Assembly (NCBI RefSeq): GCF_006345805.1
Contig: NC_043001.1
Span: forward strand, 99,200,001-99,264,000
Length of the DNA: 64,000 bases
Direction of reading: 5' to 3'
Origin: Octopus sinensis
Lineage: Eukaryota
Made by a program: the position numbers and the translations under genes. Below, one piece after another: positions 25,681-39,045 of this stretch. Within the stretch, counting starts at the first letter, position 1. Every line of letters begins with the position of its first letter. The notes under the pieces are model-generated. The model searched no databases, was not told the DNA's origin, and was given only the letters and a program-made list of their open reading frames with translations.

Positions 25681-25962
25681 AACAAAGGTAATTTCAAAAT
25701 CATAGGCTCATGCCAACTGACCCACACAGTATTCTGTTCTGGCTTGATCATGATGTATATAGTTTAACTGAATGAATTATGATTATAAAGTAGTTTAATA
25801 GGTACAAACATGGCTGTGTGACAAGAAATTTGGTTCCCAATTACATGGTTCCAGTCTCAGTCCCCTTGCATGGCACCTTGGGCAAGTGTCTTCAATTATA
25901 GCCTTGGGATGACCAAAGCTTTGTGAATGGATTTCGTAGACAGAAACTGAAAGAAGGCCATC

Positions 25963-26025
<63 letters not shown>

Positions 26026-26840
26026 TAGATAGATAGATATAGATATACACACATCTATATATATATATTGTGTGTGTTTGTGTGTGTATCTACATGTGCA
26101 TGTGTGTCTTTGGGTTTGAGTTTGTCCTCCTCCACTGCTTGACAACCAGTGTTGGTGTTTTTACATCCCCGTAACTTAGCAGTTTGGCAAAAACTGACAG
26201 ATAGAATAAGTGCTAGGTTTAAAATAATAATAATAATAATGACTAGAATCTATTCATTTGACTAAAATGCTTCAAGGCAGTGCCTCAGCATGGCCATAGT
26301 ATTGTGAGTGAAACAACTAAACCATAAAAGATAACAGAACTGATTATTATTATAAAAAGGTTAGTTCTCTAGTTTACTGTTTCTGTCGTTTCATTGCCTT
26401 TAACCCTTTAACATTCAGACTTCTTTGTCAAATGTAATGCTTCTTTATTCACATTGTTTTGAATTAATAACACATTATCTTGAAGTCATGTGATTAAGAA
26501 GTGCATTTCTTAATCATACAGCTATATTTACACCCTAAATCTACTTGCTTCAGTTTGCTTGATAGAATTTCTCTCCACACAATTTTCAGTGGAATGATTC
26601 ACATTAGGAAGGACATCAAACTATATGTTCCAACATATAAACCACTCATGAAAAAACGTATGCACAACAGTACCAGAAAATCCTCCTAAAGCTTCTCAAG
26701 TTGGGTCTTGTTCATTACTGATGGTTGTGTTACCTGGTAATTTTGTTGTTTCAAACATTTTCTGTTATCTGTTTTCTGAGATATTCATAAATGTTATCAC
26801 CTATCAATGCTTTTTTCTCTTTTTTTTGTATATTTAACAG

Positions 26841-26949
26841 GTGCTCAGCAGCATTGGTTACCAGAGTATTCCAATAGATTCACATTTACCATTTGATGCA
26901 GTTAAAGGAATAATGCCAAATGACAAGGGCAGAGTCACTGGTGCCGATG
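26841..26949 (+). CDS. FDXR: Adrenodoxin reductase exon (109 nt)
   Basis: taacag|GTG...GAT G|gtatgt. VLSSIGYQSIPIDSHLPFDAVKGIMPNDKGRVTGAD. Confidence 0.96.
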
Positions 26950-27149
26950 GTATGTCATACTTGCTGCTGTAACCACTACCACCACCACCACCTTCTTCTT
27001 CTTCTTCTTCTTCTTCTTCTTCTTCTTCTTCTTCTTCTTCTTTATTGTTGTTATTATTATTATTATTATTATCATCATCATCATCATCATTATTATTATT
27101 ATCATTATTATTATCATTATTGAGTGAGAAAGAAGTGCATGCCATCAAA

Positions 27150-29436
27150 TATATGAAGTCCAATACACCCATCATAACTACCTGTCTGATAAGAGTACAC
27201 CAAGCATATGCATCACAACCATATGTGCGCAACATGGCGACCTTGTATCAAGATAAACAGAGCTTGACCTTGCAGATGGGGCCCAGTTAGAATTTTCTTC
27301 AAGACATGTTGATGTATGCTATGTATGTATGCTACGTACAAGAAGTAAGGTGGAGAGGAGCTTCGGCCAGAGTCCTCACAGGCAAAGCACATAGGTATAA
27401 ACTCTTCTGGGAAGGTAACAGTGATGGAGTGAGGGTCATGGGCATTTTTCTTGTGAAGAAATGGGTGCATAAGGTTATAAAGGTAGTCAGGGTATGCTTA
27501 AACTCAGGCTAATCTTGCAGAATAGTATAGTTACAATTATCTCTGCCTACACTCCACAAATGGGCTTGCCAAATGAACAGAAGTATCACTTTTATGATAT
27601 TCTTCTGCAGGCTACCTCAAAGACGAGTGACAATGATCTCATTTTTGTGGCTGGAGATTTTAATGGGCATGTTGGACAGCAACCTGGTATCTTCCATGGT
27701 GTACATGGAATTGGTTCCCAAAACAAAGAGGGAACTAGGCTCCTGGAGTTCTGTGATACAAATAACCTATTGATCTGCAACACCAACTTCAGGAAGCCGG
27801 CCAGCCACCTGATGACCTATTAATCAGGTGACTCTGCTAGCCAGATTGATTTCATTCTCACTAGACATTGGGATGCATGGTTGCTCTTAAATATAAAGAC
27901 CCTCCCTGGTGAAGAATGTACCCTCCAGCATAGACCAGTTATTAGTGACTTTAGACTCAAGGCCAGAGGATGCCAAGGAGCAGACCAATCTGGAAAAGAA
28001 GGATTTGGAAGCTTCACATAGAGATTTAGGGATATCCTCACCAAGAAATTTGATGAGAGGGAGGAGGAGCTACAGACTTGTGATATAGAAGGCAACTGGG
28101 AATTCCTGTGAGGCAGCTTGTTGAGTTCCGCAGACCAGACCTGTGACTGGTGCAAAGTCCCTTCCAGACCTAGGGTAACCTAGGGGAACAATATTGTACC
28201 CAGGGCTATTAGAGCAAAGAAACAGGCCTAGAAGGCCTGGAAGAGTGGGAGTAGCACGGAACTATATCAGATAGCCAGAAGGAAAGCTAGAAGATAGGTA
28301 TATATAGCCAAGGGAGAAGCAAAAAAGAAGTTTGCCAATGTTCAGTGATGTGAGGACCAAAGAACTAAAGTATTTCAGATTGCAAGACAGTGTGTGAGAG
28401 AAAATTGTGTTGTCATAGGAGAGAAATGTGTCCACATGGATGATGGTGTGCTTGTATTTAATGATTCTGCAAAGAAAGAGGCTTGGAGATACCATTATGA
28501 AAGACTGCTGAACGAGGAGAATGAATGGGAGGAGGAGAGTCTGCCAAAGGTTGACGCAACTGAGGAACAAGCTACCCGAATTGACAGTACCCTGGTAGAT
28601 AAAGCAATTAAGGATATGAAGGTAGGGAAAGTACCTGGCCCATCAGTAATTACCGCTGAGATGCTTAAAATATCTGGCAGTGTGGACTATGGTCTAGTCA
28701 CCCGCATCATAAATCAAGCAGTTCATGAAGGAGTCATACCCAATGACTGGTGTAGTAGCACCATAGTCAACTGTTACAAGGGGAAAGGTGATGCTTTAGA
28801 TAGAAATAGCTACAGAAGCATCATATTGTTGGATCAGACGATGAAAGTTATGGAGAGGGTCATGTCCCAACTAATTAGGGAGAGAGTCTGCTTAGATGAG
28901 ATGCAGTTTGGTTTTGTGCCAGGTAGAAGCACCACTGATGCTATATTCCTGGTAAGGCAACTGCAGGAGAAATACATAACCAAAGATAAACCTCTGTATT
29001 TGGCTTTTGTTGACTTGGAGAAAGCCTTTGACAGGGTCTCCTGATCCATTATCTGGTGGTCAATGCAGAAACTATGTATAGACGAGTGGTTGGTAAGAGC
29101 CCTGACTGGCTGCTGTGCCAGTGACAGGTAAAAAGCCCTATCTGAATGTGGTTGATGCAAGTGCTTCCTGATTGGCTCCCCTGGTGACAGGTAAAAGGCA
29201 CCATCTGAACGTAGTCAATGCCAGTGCCCCCTGACTGGCTCCCATGCTTGTGGTACATAAAAGGCACCCACTACACTCTCGGAGTGGTTGGTATTAGGAA
29301 GAGCTTCCAGCTGTAGAAACATCGCCAAATCAGATTTGAACCTGGTGCAGCCCATTGGCTTGCCAGACCTCAGTCAAACCATCCAACTCCTGCCAGCATG
29401 GAAAGCAGACATTAAACGATGATGATGATGATGATA
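27150..29436 (+). mobile_element. RTE-clade LINE, internally deleted (APE endonuclease + N-terminal RT + 3' end)
   Basis: VQEVRWRG, ISAYTPQ and AGDFNGHVG (APE domain); YKGKGD...YRSIILL...QFGFVPGRSTTDAIF...AFVDLEKAFDRV (RT). Jumps at about 29100 to the family-B 3' tail with (GAT)n. Confidence 0.93.
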
Positions 29437-29501
29437 ATGAGTAGCCTTTCCTGCTCAAAATGTCTCAGAATGAGGGTTGTTTAAGGATGATGAACAAAAC
29501 C

Positions 29502-32101
29502 TGTTATAATATGGTTCTTTGTCCACTTGTATGTTATTGCCAGCACTAATATTCTTGTCACCACTATTATGTTGTGGCAGTATTCCGTGTCTTATTATCT
29601 TTGACTTGTCTATCGTGCTATCACTGATAGCTCCACAAGACAATGACCTTGAAATGTCTTCCTTGATGGTAACTCGAACTCGTATATATCACATAACTGA
29701 CACTGACTCCAACTGAGAACCCATACAACGACTCTACTACTCCTGACTCCCTACAATGACTGACTGTCTGACTTTATAGTGGTTGGCTTATACCTCTTTG
29801 TCACGTGGAAAGGGGAGTACCATTTTCACTGCAACATCTCCCCATTTAGTTGGGGGTTTTTTCTTTGGAAAGCAAGTAATTTTATTTTACTTTATTCACC
29901 TTTCCTCCCTTTTTAAAATTTTTTGTATCCAACTTAATATTTTTTCTTTTTAGTATCTATTTGTAGAACTCTTTGTTCTTTTTTCTTCCACTTGCATGCA
30001 TGAATTCAGCCATTGGTTATTCTTATCCGTCTGGTTCATTTTCTATGTATCTCTTCTTCAATTGGTTTCTGACTTTTTTCCATACCTTTTCTGTTTTAAT
30101 TCCATATATCATTTTTCTTATGTACTTTGTAATTTTACCTTCTTCCCAATACTATTTTCCATTTTTATACAACCTTGTGTACACCTTCTCACAAGTTTTG
30201 AAAAATTTTGGATTGTCTTTCCTGGTACTTTTTCTTTCCTTGCCAGGTAACAGTTTATCAAAAACTGATTTCACCTTCCTCACAGACATCAGTTCTGCTG
30301 GTGAGTTTCCTGATGTTGTATTGAGGTTCAGTGTCACCCTGTATACCCTTAGGAATTGCTACAGAGCAACTTCATCTGTGACTTCCTTGTTTACTTTTCT
30401 CGAAGCTCTTTTAAAAATGTCCACAAAACACTCTGCCTGTCCATTTAATCTGGGATGGTTAGGTGCCATTGTTTTATGTTTTACCATAAACATTTTGCAG
30501 TATTTTCTAAATTCATTGGACACAAATTGTGTTTCATCATAAGATACAATCACATTTGGGATACTGAATCTTGCAAATAATTCATGCAAAGAATTTATTA
30601 CCTTTTCAGAGGTTGGTCTTTCGCACTTAACTATTTCCAGCCATTTTGTAAAACTGTCAACTACTACTAAGTAGTAATAACCATTTAATGGACCTGAAAA
30701 ATCAATATGTAGTCTTCACCAAAGAATTTTTACTTCTGGCCAAGCCTCCCACTTTTGAGTAGGCAATTTTGCTGCCAGCACACATCCCCTTGCAGCCTTT
30801 CACTATTTTTTCAACTTCTTTGTCCATCTTTGGCCAATACACATAACTGCACATAAGCGCTGTCATCCTTGTGATCCCCAAATGTCCTATATGGAATTCT
30901 TTCAACATTATTTTTTGAAAAGTCTCAGCTATCGCCACTCTTTGGCCATACATCAGTATGCCATTGTTTGTTGAATATATGTTTACCTGTTGCTGTTTTT
31001 TTCTTACTGAACCTATTTTTGTTTTCTGTAGCTGACCACAGAATTTTTTTGTTTCATTAATGAACTTATCTTTTGACACATGTCACTTTATCTTCTCCAG
31101 AGATATTAGTAACTCTCGTACAGTGTTCTACATTATGTGTTTAATTTCCCTTTCAGCTCTTAAGGCTGCTATTACTGTGTCCTTGAATAGTTCACCATAC
31201 ACAACACAAGGACTCCACTAAATGAGCTTTTAAAAAAGGATGTCAAATGGTTTTGGTCAGAAAAATGCCTGAAAGCATTTGAAGAACTAAAAAGCATATT
31301 AACTTCAGAGTTGACACTTATTCACTTCGATCCGACATGCTGACGGCCTATCCAGGTTAATACCCAAAAGTGGTGAACCATTCGAGGACACAGTAATAGC
31401 AGCCTTAAGAGCCAAAAGGGAAATTAAACACATAATGTGGAACACTGTATGAGAGTTACTAATAACTCTCTGGTGAAAATATATTTTCTGGTTTTGTAGC
31501 ATTTGTTGCTGTAACAGTTGTTGTTCATCTTGTTCTTTGAGTTGTTGTTGTAGCTGTTTTTGCAACTCAACTAGACCTTCTAACAAGTTTTCCATAATTT
31601 AATGGATTTTTCATAAAATATGTACAACAAAAACGTTTGTTACTGCTCTGTTGAGTTTTTAATTTCTCCACGTGAAAAATTTTTCACTGTTGTATGCATA
31701 AATTGTTTATTTTCTCATGGAAAACATTTTTTTCAATATTGTCTACATGAATTGTTTATATCCTCATAACCACTGTTGCAATGTGGATCCTCATCCACTT
31801 GTATGTTATTGTCAGCACTGTAATATTCTTGTCACCACTATTATGTTGTGGCAGTGTTCTGTCTCTTATCTTTGACTCGTCTATTGTGCTGTTGTTGATA
31901 GCTCCACAAGGCAATGACTTTGAAACATCTACTTTGATGGTAACTCATATATATCACGTAACTGACACTAACTCCAACTGAGAACCTATACAACGACTCT
32001 ACTACTCCTGACTTCCTACAACGACTGACTGTTTGACTTTATAGTGGCTGGCTTATACCACTTTGTCACGTGCAAAGGGGAGTACCATTTTCACTACAAC
32101 A
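29502..32101 (-). mobile_element. Gypsy-type LTR retrotransposon, internally deleted, both LTRs present
   Basis: LTRs 31774-32101 and 29502-29836 (TG...CA on minus); TSD AAACC at 29497-29501 and 32102-32106; PPT ggggaga; decayed PBS TGGTTATGAGGAT; gag-like 31340-31595; integrase HLGITRM...YVYWP and SYDETQFVS...HPRLNGQAE. Confidence 0.92.
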
Positions 32102-32296
32102 AAACCCCAAAGAATAACTGATTGTAAATTCTACCACATTTAAGGGAAAGATTATTCAATGCATTAGAGTAAAAATGGGAACGGTGTAGCATTTATATAC
32201 AAGAAAAGATGAGAAAATATAAAAATATATTAGTAATTAAAAAAAATATGGGAGTTACATCATATTTTAGATTGTATTGTTCTGAAGTAAATCCTG

Positions 32297-32516
32297 TATG
32301 AGGGGTGCTGAAAAGTTCTTGGCTGTAAGGGTATTGTTAAAGGCCTGGTTGGAGGCCAAACCTTCCAAGTTCTTTTACAGGGCTTAGTAAAATTGAAGGA
32401 CTGCTGCAATAAGTGTTTGAATCTGAGAGGGGGATATGTTGAATAAAATCATAATTAACTGATTCTCCTGTATTTTCTTTTACCCAAAGCCAGGAATTTT
32501 TCAGCACTCCTTCACA
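32297..32516. mobile_element. Mariner-derived MITE
   Basis: tatgaggggtgctgaaaagttcttggct ... agccaggaatttttcagcactccttcaca form imperfect TIRs. Confidence 0.7.
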
Positions 32517-32960
32517 ACTTAGTGAAGAATAACCACTCAGTGTAGTTAAGTAGAAAGAAACTGGTAAATTCTTGAGTTAGAACTTTAAAGCTGCATAATA
32601 GCAAGATGTGAGCCTTTGAATGCAGAAGACTTATGAAGACTAGAAAAAATTAAACCAGCATGCTCAGAGTACAAATGAGGAAAGAGAAAAACTAGGTGTG
32701 AGAGGAATCAGGTAGAAGTATATGTGCACGTGGAAAAAGAGTGATGTATATGGAAGTTCTGAACACTCCAGGTTAGTGGAACCTGCAGAATGAGAACAAT
32801 GAAGACTAGAGATGGAGCAGTGAAAGCTTGCATTAATCTGTTAGTACATTGTCATTTTATCATTTATAAAGTCTACAATACAGTCTACAATACTATAATG
32901 TGTGTACAAGTATATTAAAAGTAGTTTATTCACTATTTTTCTTTTCTTTTTTTTGTGCAG

Positions 32961-33128
32961 GTGTTTACTGTTCTGGTTGGTTGGGTCGTGGTCCAACTGG
33001 AGTCATTCTTAACACCATGAATGATGGATTCATAACTGCAAAAACACTTCTCAAAGATCTAAAAGCAAATGTATTAGACTTAAACAAACCAGGGAAAGAG
33101 GTTATTCTTCAGCACCTAAAAAATATTG
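32961..33128 (+). CDS. FDXR: Adrenodoxin reductase exon (168 nt)
   Basis: gtgcag|GT GTT...ATT G|gtaaga. VYCSGWLGRGPTGVILNTMNDGFITAKTLLKDL (cf. [21 protein letters not shown]). Confidence 0.97.
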
Positions 33129-33485
33129 GTAAGAATCAAGTAACACATCTTTTGACATAACATAAAAGCTATATAAGAGCATATGCATGCATGCATTCAT
33201 ACATACATACATACATACATAAGTACATACATACATACATACATACATACATACATACATGCATGCATGCATGCATGCATGCATACATACTGTATGTATG
33301 CATGTACATTGTCAGTTTATGATTTGAGAGGAACTAATTATTTGTTGTTATCCAGTTAATAAAAATTATATTTTATTAGAAAGGTGAACTTGATAAATTT
33401 ATAATGGAGAATTGAGTAAGTCAGGAATATCTGAGTAGCAGTGATATGAACCCGACCATTTTATCACTCTATTTATATATTTCAG

Positions 33486-33616
33486 GTGTGCAAACAGTTT
33501 CTTTTGATGATTGGACCAAGATTGACCAAATAGAAACCTCAAATGCTAAACTAACTGAACGTCCTCGAGAGAAGATTGTTGATGTTGAGAAGATGTTGAA
33601 AATAGCTGCCTCTTAA
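33486..33616 (+). CDS. FDXR: Adrenodoxin reductase terminal coding exon (131 nt incl. TAA)
   Basis: tttcag|GT GTG...TAA. VQTVSFDDWTKIDQIE...RPREKIVDVEKMLKIAAS*. Confidence 0.96.
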
Positions 33617-33676
33617 TGATAATTGTCCTACCTAGAATGAATAATCAATTAGTCACTTGTTGATGTTTGTTTTTGT

Positions 33677-33682
33677 AATAAA
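33677..33682 (+). promoter_or_regulatory. Candidate FDXR polyadenylation signal
   Basis: AATAAA about 60 nt after the stop codon, followed by a T-rich tract. Confidence 0.6.
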
Positions 33683-33764
33683 GCATATTTATTTTCATCA
33701 ATATCTAGAGCTGTTATTGTTATGTTTGTTTTCCCAACAACTATTGTTGCTATTGTAGCACATT

Positions 33765-34400
33765 TTTCTCAGACATGGAAGGTGAACCTAGAATTGAGAT
33801 GCCTCAAGGTAAATTTAACAAAGGCTAAGGTTTTAGTAAGTAGGAAAGAAGGCAGAACCCTCATATCATCAAAGAAATTGCTTTGTTTGATACAAAGGAA
33901 AGGTGTAGATATAAATTCCATGTGCTGTACCTAATATACACTATGGACATACAAAAGATGTGAAATTACAGGAAGACTAACAGAAAACATAAGCTTTGTA
34001 TGTGGCAGATGCAGGGAAGCTTACATACTATGAGCACACTGTAAATAGATTCTCTTAAATGCCCAAATGACTCACTAGAAGTAATCAATAGCATCTGTTA
34101 CCAAGAAGATATAATTGGCAGGAAAGTGGTTGCTTAGAAAATAAAGCGGCCAAAGTAAGAATGTGTTGCAAAAAGTTCAGGGAGCTACCAACACTGCTCA
34201 TAACAAAAGTGTTCTCCTCCAGAGTGAAAGGCAAACTGTATGATATGTATTAGAACTGCAACACTGCGTCGTAGAAAGGTACGGAAGACTTATGAAAGCT
34301 AGAAGGAAATGAGGCCAGCATGCTCCAATGGATTTGTAACGTTAGTGTGCATGAACGCCAGTGTACAAATGAGCTAAAAGAAAAACTGGAAGACCAGGGA
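33765..34400 (+). mobile_element. Decayed RTE-clade LINE fragment
   Basis: LRCLKVNLTKAKVLVSRK and a collinear decayed match to the 15690-16550 region. Confidence 0.75.
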
Positions 34401-35807
34401 TGAAATGACAAAGGCTGACCTGAAGATACTGCATCCAACAGAAAAGATAACAAATGACCAAACTGGCTGGTGATACACAGTGCTACAGAAGACCTGTCCA
34501 CCAATACCAAAATATATCCTGACACGCAATCATGAATATCAGTTGGAGGGGAAGGTGAATAAAGTGTGGGTCAGGGAGGTAATAGATGGCAGTGAAGATG
34601 TGAAGTGTGTGGGGTGGGATGCAAGAGAGATGAAGTGGAGGTATATGAGGGTGGAAATGGTGGGAGACAAACGGAAATAATGGGGTTGGGGACTGCCGTT
34701 GGCAAAATGTCGGGGGATTGCATCCTTCAAAACTTCCATGCTTCCTGAGATTCGCCAACACTACACCTGATTTCTTCCCCTCCATACACACACAAGCATG
34801 TATCTGACTCTTACATTGTTCGCTTTCCAGACATTTGTACATTACTGCATATACTTTATACGCACTTTCTGACAAGTTGTGGTGCACCTGAGCACTGTAT
34901 ACAATAATTTCATTATTATTATTATGAGATGTACAGGAAAGGGGAAGTGAAAGCACTTACTACACTCTCAGAGTGGTTGGCGTTAAGAATGGCATCCAGC
35001 TGTGGAAAATTTGTGAGATCAGATTGAGCCTGGAACAGCCTTCTGGCTCACCAGTCCTCAGTCAAACTGTCCAACCCATGCCAGCAGGGAAAGCGGACAT
35101 TAAACTACGATGATGATGATGATGATGATGATATCAGTGTCCTTTGTTTAAACTTGTTACTAATAATAATAAGGCAGAAGTGAAGGCCAAGTATATAGTG
35201 CATATGTTTAATTGGTAAAAATAAGACCATCCCCAAATATAACAATAACATTTATATACATACGTACACACACTCATACATCCATGCGCATGCACACATA
35301 CATAAGTATACATACACGCATACAAACATACATATATATATATACATATATATTCAAAATATATATATATATATTCAAATATAAATATATATATATATAT
35401 ATTCAAATATGTATATATTTATACAAATCATTTAACTAAAATTCTTCGGGGTGGTGCCTAAGAATGGCCACAGTCTAATGACTAAAACAAGTAAAAGAAT
35501 AAAGGAGTAAAAAAAAACATTAATGAGTGTGTGTGTGTAAGCCATAAAGCAATGTGCAAGCACTCAGCTCTAAGTGTACTGCATCTTAAAGCAGAAACAG
35601 TTATAAGTAAATGAAGTTGGTTATGTAATTTCTGTTTCTTTTTAATTTCTTTACTTTCACATTCTTCTCTTTAAGTGCCTAATCCTTTATTCTGAAGTAA
35701 TTTTCAATGTTATGCCTAAGTGCAAAATCATAATGTGTGTGTGTGTGCGTGCACGTGCGTGTATGTGTATACATACATACATACAGACAGACATACACAC
35801 ACACACG

Positions 35808-35907
<100 letters not shown>

Positions 35908-37216
35908 TACTCTTTTACTCTTTTACTTGTTTCAGTCATTTGACTGTGGCCATGCCGGAACACCACCTTTAGTAAAGTAAATCGATCCCAGGACTTATTC
36001 TTTGGAAGCCTAGTACTTATTATATCACTCTCTTTTGCTGAACCACTAAGTTACGGGGACATAAACACACCACCATCGGTTGTCAGGCGATGTTGGAGGA
36101 ACAAACACAGACACACAAACATATACACACATATATACAACGGGTTTCTTTCAGTTTCCATTTACTAAATCTACTCACAAGGATTTGGTCAGCTGAAGGC
36201 TATCGTAGAAGACACTTGCCTGGGAATGAGTATGTATGTATGTATAGATATGTTCAAACTAATGGGAGACACAGCTGGATATATATATATATATATATAT
36301 ACACATTGGATATATATATATATACACATTGGATATATATATATATAATATGTGACAATTAGTCAGTTGCCATAATAACTAATTGTCACATATATTACAG
36401 ATAAATTCCTGTATTTACATAATATCGAGGTCTCATTCATTCTTTTGTCATATTATTATCATTATTGTGTGTGTGTGTGTGTGTGTATCCAGTTATGTCC
36501 CACCCCACAGTTTGAACATCTATCTGTCTATCTTTTTTCTCTGCTTCATGGCCTCTTTTGCACTTGGCAATGGAGTGAAACATCAGCTATAAACGAATAA
36601 ACTCTATTTATTGGATATTTTACCCATTTCTATAACAAATAAGGTGTGTATGTGTGTCTGTGTGTCTGTGTGTCCCTCTGATGTTGGTATTTATGCATAG
36701 ATAGCAGTTACTGCTTTGAGATAGTCTTTATTTGAATTCAAAATTATTCAAAATTTCTTTATAAAATTTTATATGCTTCATAATCTTTGAAAATAGTCTG
36801 GTTACATTTATCGTTTCTTAACAGTAATGATTGTGGTCAAGAAAGCACTCAGATTGGTTCATGAATTTATTTTGAAAATCTCACTGAGCAACCATTGGTC
36901 AACATATTTCTAAAGCTTTAAACTGATTGGATGAGAATTTAAACTTTCTCACTTTTGTTACCCATCAATAGACACCCACACACAATCACCCACATTTTTG
37001 CATCTTCATTCATGTGTGTATGTGTGTGTGTGTGTGTGTGTGTTGTGTGTGTGTGTTTCTGTGTGTGTGTACATTTTTATATGTATGTGTGTACTATGAT
37101 GTATATATATATATAAAATTTATAAGTTGTTTATAATTTTAATCTTTAAAGGTATTTTAATATGCTGCCACTTTTGATGAAATTTTTTCTGAAAAAATTT
37201 TTATCCTATATTAGTA

Positions 37217-37260
<44 letters not shown>

Positions 37261-38193
37261 GCATACCCATAGATGCATATATACATTTATATATATGTAT
37301 ATCAATATCGTAAGGCGCGAAACTGCATTTGACCAGTAACTAATGAGGATTTGGTGACCCTCTGTGTCTGTTTTCCATTTCTTTGTGCATTCATTATGTT
37401 TTCTTGACTCATATATGTATATCTGTATACGCACACACACACACACACACCCATTATCATCATCATGCTCATCATCATCTTCATCATCATTATCATCATC
37501 ATTCAACATTCATTTTCCTTACTGACTTAAGATAGACAGTTTAACAAAGAATGGGGATAAAGATGTGTCAGGGCGTATCCCCAAGTTAGAGGAAGGGGAA
37601 TTAAAGAGAAGTGGTATCAGAGCATATGTTCGTAGGTGTGTGAGAGATGAGTGGCAGATAGGTAGAAAGAATTGTAGGGAGTGCCAAATACACACACACA
37701 CATATACTCACACACATACATATATTTATATGTGGTTTTTCTTAAACTATCCTAATGATAAATAGATATTATTTATGGGAAACTGAAAAAATAAATCATT
37801 AATATCAAACCAACAAAAGGATTTCTTACAAGGGTGCAGGAGTTTAGGTATATATTGAAGGTAACTTCAGTGCTGTGAAATTCATTATTTAATAAGGATC
37901 TTGGATGTAGTGAGCTTCATTCTTTTCATAAAAACGATATTAGAATAAACGAAGAAAAATAATGTTAAAATCATGTGGTTTATATGAATTGCTTGTTCAC
38001 TAAACTGAGTACATTGCCTGCCTATTAAAATAACAGTAGTCTGCTGCGATCGACTTTGCCTTTCATTCTTTCGGGGTCGATAAATTAAGTACCAGTTGTG
38101 AACTGGGGTTGATCTAATCGACTGGCCCCCTCCCCCAAAATTTCAGGTCTTGTGCCTAGAGTAGAAAAGAATATATTCAGATCAGTTCATTCA

Positions 38194-39045
38194 TTTGAAT
38201 ATGCATTATTATGCAAATTAGACTGACCTGTTTAGCTGTGTCCTAAATTGTATTTAAAATAGATAGTTGTAAGCTATTAATATGTTCATGGTTAGAATAC
38301 TCTGCAGTGAACTCTAGATGAATCAATTGAACCTTGTTGTCACTATGCTCTTCGGATTGTGATGAGCCATAAGATTTATGAAGCTGGAGCTTCATCTGGT
38401 TTCCATAGCATGTACGTGACTGAGAGTACAACACACCCACTGGATGGGACATCAGTCCACCACTGGGTTAATTTCCCAGCTATCATTGGAACACATTTAC
38501 AGCTGAGTGAACTAGAGCAACAAGAAATGAATTGTTTTGATCAAGAACACGATTCACACCTGGTCCAGGAATCAAAACCACAATTTTATGATCATAAGTG
38601 AAGGCATAAACGAAGGCATATATCGACTGATATGCAAATTTGACTAACCAGTTTAACTGTGTCAAAATTTATATATACTATACATAGCTATGAGCTACTA
38701 AAGTCTTTGCCAACAGAAGATAGGAATCCTTTCTCTGATGAAGGTTTAAAAAGACCAGGAACAAGTCATTTTAACCCATTTTTCTGATCATGGGGAGATA
38801 ACACTTGTGATGTAACCACCTTATTTACTTTTTTCACATGAAGACTGAATAGCATATTTATTGAAAACAGAACTTAAATTTCAAATTTTCCCAAAATATG
38901 GTACAGCAGAGTATGAATGCATGAATGAGTTAACCACAATGTTTGGATATGCATTATTATGCGAATTAGACTGACCTGTTTAGCTGTGTCCTAAATTGTA
39001 TTTAAAATAGATAGTTGTAAGCTATTAGTATGTTCATGGTTAGAA
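38194..39045. repeat. 104-bp direct repeat pair (38194-38297 and 38942-39045)
   Basis: tttg(a/g)atatgcattattatgc(a/g)aattagactgacctg...gctatta(a/g)tatgttcatggttagaa; three differences seen by eye. Confidence 0.9.

Noticed and set aside
29973-30542. 189-aa hydrophobic + strand ORF
   Set aside because: Antisense shadow of the Gypsy integrase C-terminus.
32961-33010. FDXR WLGRGPTG instead of vertebrate WVKRGPTG as a novel active-site change
   Set aside because: I recall similar Gly-containing variants in other invertebrate orthologues; not distinctive without an alignment.
37311-37350. Hammerhead-like GAAAC-TGCA ... CTAATGA
   Set aside because: No GUH triplet closing stem III, altered core and no consistent stems.
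37612-37623. TGGTATCAGAGC primer-binding site
   Set aside because: Matches the plant-type initiator tRNA; no adjacent LTR or coding remnant, so likely chance.
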